A stretch of 64,000 nucleotides of DNA from Schizochytrium sp. TIO01 (taxonomy: Eukaryota; Protista; Bigyra: Labyrinthulomycetes): NCBI GenBank assembly GCA_004764695.1, contig SMSO01000034.1:3658001-3722000 (forward strand). Reading direction: 5' to 3'. The notes beneath the pieces were generated by a model. That model saw only the letters and a program-made list of their open reading frames with translations, had not been told where the DNA came from and did no database searches. Positions within the stretch are counted from its first letter, which is position 1; each line of letters opens with the position of its first letter. Positions 36,031 through 46,100 of this stretch are shown piece by piece. The position numbers and the translations under genes were made by a program.

Positions 36031-36120
36031 ATTGAATCATGAATCATTGAATCATGAATCATGAATCATGAATCATGAATCATTGAATCATTGAATCATT
36101 GAATCATTGAATAATTGAAT
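36031..36120. repeat. TGAATCA/TGAATCAT 7-8-mer tandem array, about 12 units
   Basis: Read directly. Confidence 0.92.
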
Positions 36121-36685
36121 TTTTGGTTGTGGGAGGAAGAATGAGGTCACGAATTGTGTGCATTAAACACGGTTGGCGCTGCAGTAAGTGAAGATGAGCT
36201 GCGTAAAGGCGGCCTTCACCATCGTTGGCATGGCCGTGGAGAGTTTACCTTTCAGGGTGTGGCGTGCGTGATCTTGATGTAAAGGCACCTGTCAGCTAGC
36301 TATTCGAGATTTTCAAGGTACGAGATCCGCAACAGAAGACCTGAGCAAAATCGCTCTGTAGAACAATCGTTGGTTTAACTTAAACTGGGGAGAGATGGTG
36401 CCTATGCCTACCTATGTGCACGGGTTACAGCTGTATACGGCTTGAATGAATTTTGCTCCGCCTTCGTTTAAATTGTAGGTAGGTATCTTATCTTCGCTTT
36501 CTGACTCCGGGTAGGGAGTCGCCCCATAGAACGTTCTCCGCAAGTGAAGTATTCCTTGTGCCAAAGTAGGTTTTAGGGGGAGCGTACTATAGGCCTTCAT
36601 AGGGCACAAGAAGGCTATTTTTGATATGCCTGTTTTTTCAGATAGTGTCTATGGTTTAAGGCATCAGTGTTAAAGGTTTGAAGTG

Positions 36686-36739
36686 TAGTAGTAGCAGTAG
36701 CAGTAGCAGTAGCAGTAGTTAGTAGTTAGTAGTTAGTAG
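36686..36739. repeat. GTA-based compound repeat (GTA)n(GTAGCA)n(GTTAGTA)n, just upstream of the glycosylase gene
   Basis: Read directly. Confidence 0.85.
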
Positions 36740-36794
36740 GCCTATAGATTTTTAAAAATCAGCAAAATTCGTTGTTCATGGCAAACCGCGTTCC

Positions 36795-37769
36795 ATGGCG
36801 ATGCCTGCAACAACGAGGGCACGAGCGCGAGGCAAAGCTGCCACAGATGCGCCAAGATCGGCTGCAGGGCCGATGCACTTGAACGCCTCGACAGCCCTGG
36901 CGGCCCGAATCAAGGCCCAAACCGTCCAAACTGCGATCCCGAGGCGATTGGGTGCCGCCAAAACGCTCCATGTCCCGAAAGTGACTGGCAAGTTGCGGAT
37001 TCCGAGGAACCAGGCCAGTAAAAGCACCACTGGCAAGACCGTTGTGGCCAGAAAAGAACAATGTGGCGGTGATGTTAAGGCCTCGAAGGTTACAGCCAAG
37101 AAAGTTGAGACCAAACTCCAAAAGAAGCCTGCCAAATCTGTGCAAAAGTTAACGCTTCCGACATCGAGCTCCGAAATACCTGGGAGATGTTTCTGGAGTG
37201 ACAAGGAGCCTGCAAGATCGTATCATGACGACCACTGGGGGCATCCGCAGCGAGACTCCCAGCAGCTATTCGAGATCATTTCTCTATGTTCGCAACAGGC
37301 AGGCGTGAGCTGGCGCATTGTGTGGAACAAACGAGAGGCGTATCGAGATGCGTTCCATGGGTGGGATATGCATAAGATTGCAGCCATGTCTGAAGAGGAC
37401 ATAGACGCACTTGTCGCTGATGCTGACAATGGAGTCTTACACAACCGTCGTAAGCTTGCAGCCATCGTTAATAATGCTCAGCGCTGCCTTGAAATCAACG
37501 AGTCACATCCCGAAGGTCTTTCGGGATACTTTTGGAGTTTCACAGGTACTGGCGAACCAGTGGTGAATACAAAGGTTCTCAGCTCCGAGAACTCCCTTGG
37601 TACTGAGAGCGATATCTCTAAGAGCTTAGCGGCGGAACTTAAGCGAAAGGGATTTAAGTTCCTTGGCAGCATTACTCTACATTCATTTTGCCAGCAAACT
37701 GGAATCATAAATGATCATTGTCGAAACTGCTTCAAGAATCCGCTATCTGGGGCGAAAAAATCACTCTAA
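36795..37769 (+). CDS. DNA-3-methyladenine glycosylase I (Tag family) with a Lys/Ala-rich N-terminal extension
   Basis: RCFW...YHDDHWG, LFEIISLCSQQAGVSW, KREAYRDAF, HNRRKLAAIVNNA, LKRKGFKFLGS and GIINDHCRNC. The Tag zinc ligands (C, H, H, C) are present. Confidence 0.93.
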   Translation: MAMPATTRARARGKAATDAPRSAAGPMHLNASTALAARIKAQTVQTAIPRRLGAAKTLHVPKVTGKLRIPRNQASKSTTGKTVVARKEQCGGDVKASKVTAKKVETKLQKKPAKSVQKLTLPTSSSEIPGRCFWSDKEPARSYHDDHWGHPQRDSQQLFEIISLCSQQAGVSWRIVWNKREAYRDAFHGWDMHKIAAMSEEDIDALVADADNGVLHNRRKLAAIVNNAQRCLEINESHPEGLSGYFWSFTGTGEPVVNTKVLSSENSLGTESDISKSLAAELKRKGFKFLGSITLHSFCQQTGIINDHCRNCFKNPLSGAKKSL

Positions 37770-38592
37770 GACGGGAAATAAAACGAAAATATTCCGTGGC
37801 TTATGCCAACGAGGTAGATTTGTGTTTTGAACGCACAAGAGCTTAAATATTTACAGTTTGCGGCTCAACGAGATAACTTAAGCATAACAAAATGTGTCAA
37901 ACAATATTTAATTGTCATAAAATCATGCAAATTTGAATATTTATTGGACTATCCTTTACACTTTTTCTTTTTGGACATACATATATATATATGCGTAAGA
38001 CGGGTCTGTGCAACCCAGCTCGGCGCATAAATGGGGTTGAAGGAACAGCATTTCAGAATAAATCAATAAGAGAAAAAAGAAAAATGAATAGAAACAAAAA
38101 GATTTAAAAGCCTATACTATTAAAGAGGAGGCGGCTTCAGTAAAATGTGTAAAACGAGCAGTTGAGCTGATTGCCAAAGCTGAGAGAATAAGAGCTCTTT
38201 TCAGGAGATATCATCAACTAAGAACCGTACAGCTTGCATGAATGAAGAAGGTACCTTGCAACAAAATTGAGGTAAATAAGTGAGGGAAGAAAAAAGAGAT
38301 CGGTTTCCTACCAAGAAAATTGAGCCTTGCACGCGCTTCAGCAACCATTGAAATAAAAGCACAAAGTCCCCCATCTACTTACATCAGGTGAAAAAAACAA
38401 TATTCAAAAGAAAAAGTGAAAACAGAAGAACCTTCTGCAGTTCAATTTCTTTGGCGCAACCTAACGGATCCACTGTTACGTAAGTGATTTCTGTTTTTCG
38501 CGCTTTGACCGAGCCACAATGTCAGAAAGAAATGGAAAGAACTTAAGGGTGATTTTTGTTGTTGCAGAGAAAAAAAAAAAAAAAAAGAACAC

Positions 38593-39657
38593 TCAATCGT
38601 CATCATTTACTGCGACCATTTCTGAAGCGACCAAACGTTTGTCTACCTTGTGTAGATAAATTTCGATCCTAAAATTTGGATCGAATCGCTTGTGCTCTTT
38701 GTCCTTGCAAGCCTTATCAATGACAGATTTTTCAAAGCATAGATAATTTGACTCAATGAACCCGGTATGAAGCCAGAACTGACACATTTCAGACTGTGAA
38801 TACCGATCTCGGTCATAAAATCGAATTCTTACATTACCAGCCACAAGGAGATCATGCGAAGAAACATCCAGATCTACAAATTTATCTTCACGCTTGAAGT
38901 GGCGAAGTTTCCGGACATGCTTTTTATAATTGTAGATAGTTTTTGACTTTGCTTCGCCGTCCTCCGGTGAGTACCATGAGAGAGAAACCTCAAAGAAGGG
39001 TTGACAACCACCACCTAGAATAGATGTATCGTGGTTAGGAACACCGACCATCCGCACATGACTAATACAATATGTGTATGCAGTAACGCTACCTCGACGG
39101 AGAAGCTGCTCATAGTAATGCACAAAGCGTTGCTGACTCGGAATCGTCACACCCTTTCGATTCTTCGTCCGCTCACGCGAAAATTCAAGCAGCGCTTCCT
39201 CTGCAGAGCCACAACGTCCCGAATGCACCAGAAAAGCACTCACCATGACACCTGTGCGACCCTTGCCAGCTTTGCAATGAATTGCTGCAAAATGCTTCGG
39301 ATCCTCGTTCAGGTACTCTCCGACTGACTCACAAAACGGCCGCATCATCTCCAACGGGGGTGGCTGGTGATCGTCGAAACCAAAGCGGTATGTGAGCGGA
39401 AAAAACTGCGTTAGATCGTATACGCGCTCACTACAAAGATTGTACACCGCATAATTATTTTCATGAAAGGTATGGAAGAAGCGCTGGACCTCACTCATGC
39501 TGTTTCGGTAAAGAGCTTCCACACCGGCTGCAGGGTAGCCCATCGCAATAAGCTGCGAATCGGGCCCCCCTATGTAACTGAGGTCCAAATTGAAGCCATT
39601 ACGCTCGTCTACGAAGCGTTTCTTCTTCTTTGAAACTAAAGCTTTCACGTTATTCAT
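38593..39657 (-). CDS. PTEN: PTEN-family phosphoinositide 3-phosphatase (phosphatase plus C2 domain)
   Basis: N-terminal KALVSKKKKRF, LDLSYI, IAMGYPA, FDDHQPP, active site IHCKAGKGRTG, GVTIPSQQRFVHYY, and C2-domain MCQFWLHTGFI and IDKACKDK. Confidence 0.96.
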   Translation of the reverse strand: MNNVKALVSKKKKRFVDERNGFNLDLSYIGGPDSQLIAMGYPAAGVEALYRNSMSEVQRFFHTFHENNYAVYNLCSERVYDLTQFFPLTYRFGFDDHQPPPLEMMRPFCESVGEYLNEDPKHFAAIHCKAGKGRTGVMVSAFLVHSGRCGSAEEALLEFSRERTKNRKGVTIPSQQRFVHYYEQLLRRGSVTAYTYCISHVRMVGVPNHDTSILGGGCQPFFEVSLSWYSPEDGEAKSKTIYNYKKHVRKLRHFKREDKFVDLDVSSHDLLVAGNVRIRFYDRDRYSQSEMCQFWLHTGFIESNYLCFEKSVIDKACKDKEHKRFDPNFRIEIYLHKVDKRLVASEMVAVNDDD

Positions 39658-40421
39658 TTTCCCCTTCTATTTATTGTTACAGAGCCTCGCATGCAAGCAC
39701 AACCTTTATAGCAGACCTTCGACACGCGCGCGTGCCCGCCTTCTGTATTGACCGCCGCCCTGGCTATAACTCAAGAATCTCAGATGCCTTCGTGCTGCGC
39801 TCCTTCGCTGAGGTTGCAAGGGGACGTGAACGTGGGCCTCGCAAAACACAAAGCCGGGCTCCGCAGGTAGACCAGAGCTCCCAAGACGCCCTAGTTAAAG
39901 TTTGTTAGCTCGCAGGACTCGAAACATAGGTACTGTAAAAACCTCGTGTGAAAACCTCGTTGTGTACAGAAGAAAAAGACGAGGGTTAATATTAAGGCCA
40001 TATAAAGGTCTATTTGTACCTCCGCGGCCAGAAATAGGCCTCTTTGAAAACCTTATATATTTTTTGTTTCTTTGTTCTAGATGCCATCTTCACCACTTCC
40101 TTTTAATTTTTAGGGGCCTCGTGGGCATAAATACGGGTGGGAGGAATGATACATGTTGATTTGAATAATTTCAATTGAGATTCTTAAACTGAAGTGTTTG
40201 GGAAGACCACATTTTCACTATACGCGAGTAGGTTCAAATGGTAGTGGACTAAAGGCGGTGTAAGGGACGACATTTATTCATTTATTCAAGCAGGGCATTC
40301 CAGATCTAGTTTGAGAAAACTGAGGATCAACGTGAGAGAACTTGAATGAAGCGTTACTCCTCAATCTTGTCGTAGCTTATGCTAATCTTGTTTTTTTGTT
40401 CTGTTTTTTAAGGTAAAGGAA

Positions 40422-42426
40422 TTACACAAGTGTCTGTTTCGCCTGAACTTTAAGTTTGGCATACTGTTCTCTAATCGCTACTTCACGATGAGATGCCTCA
40501 TCATTTAATTCCTTTATAAGACGCTCTTCCTCCTCCTCAGTGTGACCAAGCTGTGTCTGCAACACCTTCATTTCCTGCACAAGCATGGCAAGGTTACCGC
40601 GAATTTTCTCCTTTATAGTATCTGAAAGCAAAGGCTCGTCAATTTGAGCTTGCGCAGTCTTCTGACGTTCTTCTAGATCTTTGATATCTTTTCGAAGGCA
40701 AACTCGTTTTTGTGCTACATCAAACTTCAATTTTCGAGTTTTCTCAGGTAGTTCATCTTCGTATAGCGCAAATATATCCTCGTCGCATTGAGACTGCAAT
40801 GCCCGAATAGCGTCGACGAGCTCGCGTTCACGCTGGTTCGCCTCTTGATCGCGTTGCAATTGTGCATCTCGTTTAGCAAGCGCACGCCTTCGATCTTTTT
40901 CATTTTGTACACGATGAGATATTCTTTGTTTTTCTTCAGCTTCCATTTGTTTTGCTCGAAGTTTCCGTTCTTCCTGCAAAAGTCGCTCACGCTCCTCACG
41001 CATTGATTTTTCTAAGAACTCTTCTTCTTGTTGCTTAGCCTTCATTCTTCGCTCTCGTTTTTCTAGAGATTGCATTCGTTGCTTTTCTGCAACTTCACGT
41101 GCCTGAATAGCCTGCTTTTCTCGCTCTGCAATCCTAGCTTCGAGAGATGAAATACGTGGTTCTTGGGGACTTACCTCCCGGGAACTAGTAGCTTGCCTGA
41201 TATAAAGAACAACTTGAACTCCTTGTGAGAGGCCACTTAAAACATGAGGAGAAAGCTGCGGCAAACGTTCTTTACTATCTAGCATTACTTGAGCTACTTG
41301 AGACATGGCATCAAATTCTTGCTGAAGGAGCCCTGGCCGTTGTACAGGGTGCTCATGATTCCCAATCACCATCCAGCGTTGAGCTATGGCATAGATACGT
41401 CGTCGCAGAATCATCCAGGCTCTACGGCGAGCCAGATATCCACGCCAGCAACTTTGAATGCATATTGCTGTCTTGTGTAAGGCCTCTAGCTGTAAGGCTA
41501 CAAATATACGTCTAGCAAGATATCTCCGCCAGACAGCCTGAATTCGAGTAGCTGCAGCGTGTCGCCGTAATAGACGCTGCTCCTGTAAGATTCGAGCATG
41601 CCGACGCGCAAACCATACCACGATACCGCGACTGCAACTTCAGTACTGCTGATAAGTGAATCAGGAAATGAGTTTCTAAGCTTTGCATCGATCGCATATG
41701 CGCGTGGAGTCTGTGCAGGGCCAATCTCATGAGAAAACGCAACATGATATCCATTACTGGAGCTAGGACAAGTCCAGGTGCTTGTAGCTTTGCTTTAGTT
41801 CTTGTAAGAGAAGATTTTTGACCAGACTCATATTGTATTTTCGAAGAAGTTACTTGCATTGAGTGCTGCAACGCATCAAGCGAGGCCTCCAAGGCCCTGT
41901 CCTGGGCATTATTTGTCTCCGCTAGCTTTCGTACTAGGTATGGCGCCTGATCACCGGGGCTGTTCGAGGAATCACCTGGCAGTTGTGAACGATTTCGTTT
42001 TGGCAAACGAGGGCGAGGGCCTGGCCTTGGCAGTGGTTTTGAAATAATAATTTTCTTCGAAGCTTTGCTTAGCGTCTGGTAAACGTCTTCATCACGAGGT
42101 AAACTAGGCACTTTACCCTCTTGTGTTCGAAGATAAGAGACTTGGGGCTCGTGAGGATACGCGGCTCGATTTTCTTTAATCCAATTGATTGTTGGCTGAT
42201 TTGCAACTTTTACTGACTTTTCGCTGGACACCATCTGTCCTCGCGAAGGATCATACAATGCTTTTTTAAGTAACTCTGGAGAGCTCTGTGAGATCTTGAG
42301 AGACCCATCTTTGCTCCCTGTATTAGACACCTCGATTGCTCTTTTGTTTAAATCGCGCTCCAGCTGTGCTGCATCAGCCAGCTCCCTTCGCAGTAATGCA
42401 ATTCTCCTTTGAATTGTGGCTTCCAT
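40422..42426 (-). CDS. IQ-motif (calmodulin-binding) coiled-coil protein, split into two ORFs by a +1 frame break at about 41616
   Basis: The downstream ORF has IQAVWRRYLARR and IQSCWRGYLARR. The upstream ORF reaches LQSRYRG, and the downstream frame continues WFARR, completing a third IQ motif across the break. Confidence 0.8.
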
Positions 42427-42646
42427 ACTCCTCTCGTGAAACTAGTCACCTTCTTTCTGCAATCGGAGCAGGTTTTTCACCAATACCGCAAACTGGCAAC
42501 TTCTATATTTTCGCACTCAAACGCATCAGTATCATCTTCTTGAGAATAACCGCTTTAGCAAATTCACTTCTCCGAACTAAGGACCATGGCATGGTACGAG
42601 TTTTCCTTTGAACAAAAAAAAAAAAACAATAGACTAGCCGTTGGGT

Positions 42647-42664
42647 GATATCGTGCACGATATC
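42647..42664. promoter_or_regulatory. Perfect 18-bp palindrome GATATCGTGCACGATATC in the divergent intergenic region
   Basis: The palindrome is read directly. A regulatory role is inferred only from its position. Confidence 0.4.
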
Positions 42665-43149
42665 GTCCGTGAAAGTAGACGCGGCGGTTTTTACCTTGTG
42701 GGCATGAGACCCAATTCTGCCCAACAGCGCGGCGCCGGAGCTGCGCGAGCGAGCTCAAGCTCGCTTGAGCAAGTTAATAAACTGCCTTTTGCTGCGAAAC
42801 CACTTCGCTCAAGCGGCTTTGCCGCAACCCGCTGAAGCGGAGGTCTAAGATCGGTCGTGGTGGCGACCGTCTGATTGACCTTGGGAGACAGATACCTTAA
42901 GTAGATTGGCTTGGTTTGGGAGTCGAATCAGAACGATAGGTATTGTATAAGTGCACGTTACATTGTGGAATCATATTGTGATAATACTTTTCCGCGCTTA
43001 CCCGCAGCTTCGGTTTGGTTGCATACCTAAAGGAGAAGAGCAACCTGATCTACTCAACTTATTTTCCAGGAGTTGAGATTCTCAGAGGTTGGACCCATCC
43101 TTGTCATTCAAAAGAAGAATTGACGCCGCAGGCTCTGCTGGGATTTAAA

Positions 43150-46100
43150 ATGTCAAGTGGCGCTAGTCGAGTGCGTCGAGAGCCCTCAGTTCCCGCTCGC
43201 CTGTTAGATGAAGAACGTGTGAAGTTTGAGCGCAGAAGCCAAAAGGTCCTTGCAATTCTAGCTAAGAAAGATGACCGTATCAAGGAGCTTGAGAAGGACA
43301 TCCAGGAACATCCTTTACGCAAGAAACTTGAAGAGGCGCAGTCCCGTGAAAAAGAATTGCTCGACAAGGCAATGGACCAAGGTGAACAAATCGAAGTTCT
43401 CGTTGCTGAGCTCGCTAAGCTCAGGGAGTCTCAGGCTCAGGCTCAAAATAGCAGCAAGGAGGAATACGTGGCACATCAAACGCAACGCACAGAAAATGCA
43501 AAACTACAAGTAGCGTTAGAGACATCAGAGAAACATCGTGAAGATCTTCGCACTAAACTACGTAACACAAATTCAGGCGCGGACGAAGCTCGTGCTAGGC
43601 TTGCGGAGCTTGAATCCGAGAAGGCAGTGCTCTCAGATTTACTAGAAACAGCTAAACGTACTGCCTTAGAAGATGAAGCCGAACTACGAAAGGCCAGGGC
43701 CCAAATCAAATCGTTGCAAACAGATGCATCTCGAGAGCACCCTTCTGACCAGCGGGCTCGACAGCTTGAACTTCAAGTAAGGCAAATGGCAGAAGAACTA
43801 AATGAATTGCGAAAGGAAAACAGCGCTCTTAAGGTTTCTCTTTCAAAGTTTTCTACAGCCGCAGTTCAGAATCCATCAGGAAATGAGAGCTCTACGCAAC
43901 CAAGTAACAGTGGATTTGGTAAGGGAAGCTCTCCTCAAGGTAAGCAATCTACTATAGACCCAACTCACGAAGCGTCCATGAGGCAGTTGGAGGCGTTAGT
44001 GCTTCAGCAGAGTGAGGAAATTGTTGATCTTCGATCACAACTTGTACGAGCTGGTGCTCGGGAACGAGAATCAAAAGAATCTTCCGATTTCGAGCGCCGG
44101 AGTTTGCTTAATAAGGTGCGCACATTAGAACAACAATTACGCGTGGCTTCTGAGAATGGCGTGATCCATCGCAAAAATCTTGAGGCAACAGTACGCGTTC
44201 TTTCTGGTAAAAGCGATCTGCATCGCAAATATGCAGAACAAGCTGATGCAGCAGCTCAGCTTGCCATGGTAAAGGTGGAATCGGAAGGTAGAATCATTGC
44301 TCTAGAAAGTGAGTTAGCTCATATGCGCGAGGAGATTAACCACGTAAGGGATGCATTACGACGCAGTGATCGAGATCTCCACGGCTTCAGGACATCCGCA
44401 GTCTATGCAGATGTCCCTGCAACCTCGCATACAATTATTTTGCAGCGCCTTGCCAAACAGCTTGACGAGCATAAAGTCAAACTTGCAGAGTTAAGTGTGT
44501 CAGCAAGTACATACGACCAGTATGATAATAAAGGACGCAGCTCGCAAGCTCGCCATGATGTGCAGAGTGAAGGGCATGATCGTGTTTCTATGGCTGCTCA
44601 ACTCATTGCTCTCCCTGACGAGGATTCACTTCCCATGAGCCAAACACAACAAGAGCGCGTTTTCGCCCAGTTGCGTCTTCGCATTCATGGCCTCCAGGTG
44701 CAGTTGGAAGATCGAAATGAAGAGATAGCTAGTCTTGAACAACGTCTTACAGATCAAGTTACTGCCCAGCAAACCCTTGAGGAAGAGCTTGAAGCCAAAG
44801 CGCTTGAAGCGGAGAAACAACATGCCGAGCAACTTTCTGTAATGAATCGACGCATTGTCTCTCATGTACGCGAGAAACACATTCTAGTGGAAGAGAAAGC
44901 TGAACTTTCAAATTCCCTCGAATCGTCACGTGCAACTCAACGCGTTGCGGAAGAACGTCTTGCTTTGTTGCGTAGTGAACATCTTGAACGTTGCAAGGCA
45001 TTGCAGCGTCATGTGGAAGAGCTAGAAATCGAACTCGAGGGCGCGCGGGGCAAACAACGTGTCGCAGAGATATGTTATGAACAGGATAAGGCGCGCCTTG
45101 GTTTCTTAGAAGAAACTCTTGCAGTGTTACAGGACCAGAATCAAGGCATTGACCCTCAAGATACACAAGCATGCCGTGAACAAATGTTTGCTGATCTCAC
45201 AGACAAAGCTAACCGTGCTGAAAGTCAAGTCACAACACAACAGAGGACTATAGGCAAACTCGAGGATGATCTTCGGCAACTTCGCCTTGAAAGATCTACG
45301 CTTGCTGCGAACCTTGAACGAGCCCAACACGAAGTTGATGAAGCAGAAGCTCAACGACAGGAAGAGGCTCAATCAGCCCAAGAGGCACGGAAGCGCCACA
45401 CTGACGTCCAACGTCAGCTGGAGGAAGCCAAACAATACCAGGTCCGCATTGAATTGCAACATGTAGATGAGAGCTCGAGCAGAGAAGCAGCGATCGTCGA
45501 ACGGGATGTATTAGCTGGAAAGCTTACGGATCTCGGACTCACATACACGAAAGAACTTCAGGACGAACATCGAGCGACACAGGAAATTCTGGCTGCCTTA
45601 CAATCTGACATGGAAGCGATCATGACAGATATTGGGCATACTCCTGTAGCATCAATTTTGCGGCAAATCCTTGATCATGTACGTAGCGCCAGAGAAAAGA
45701 ACGGGAATAGTGATCATGGTGATGTACGTGCTCTGGAACGTATGGCAGATGCAATTCTCCAGAGTGAACAAGCCCGCTTTGCGGTCGAAGCAAAACTAAA
45801 GAGCGCGGAGTGGGCAGGCGAAACACTTTCTTCACGCGTGCAACGTATGGCAAAGGTAATCTCTGAATTGCGTGCTCGTGAAGCAAAGGAGGACGCAAGT
45901 ATACGTGGTCTTGAGCGCAGGGCTGAAGTCGAAACTTCTATTCGGCAACTTCAGCATGAACGCCGTCTCAAATTAGAGAGCGACCGAGCAGCTTTTGTTG
46001 AGAAGCTTCTTGTCAGGGCGAGTGCGCAGCTGAGAGCTCAGGCGTGTCGAAGCCGGACACTGGAGCGCCTGGCTCGTAGCCATGGAATAGAGATTGAAGG

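Noticed and set aside
35710-36120. CRISPR array or telomeric repeat
   Set aside because: The units are contiguous with no unique spacers, there are no cas genes, the context is eukaryotic, and the units lack the G-runs of telomeric repeats.
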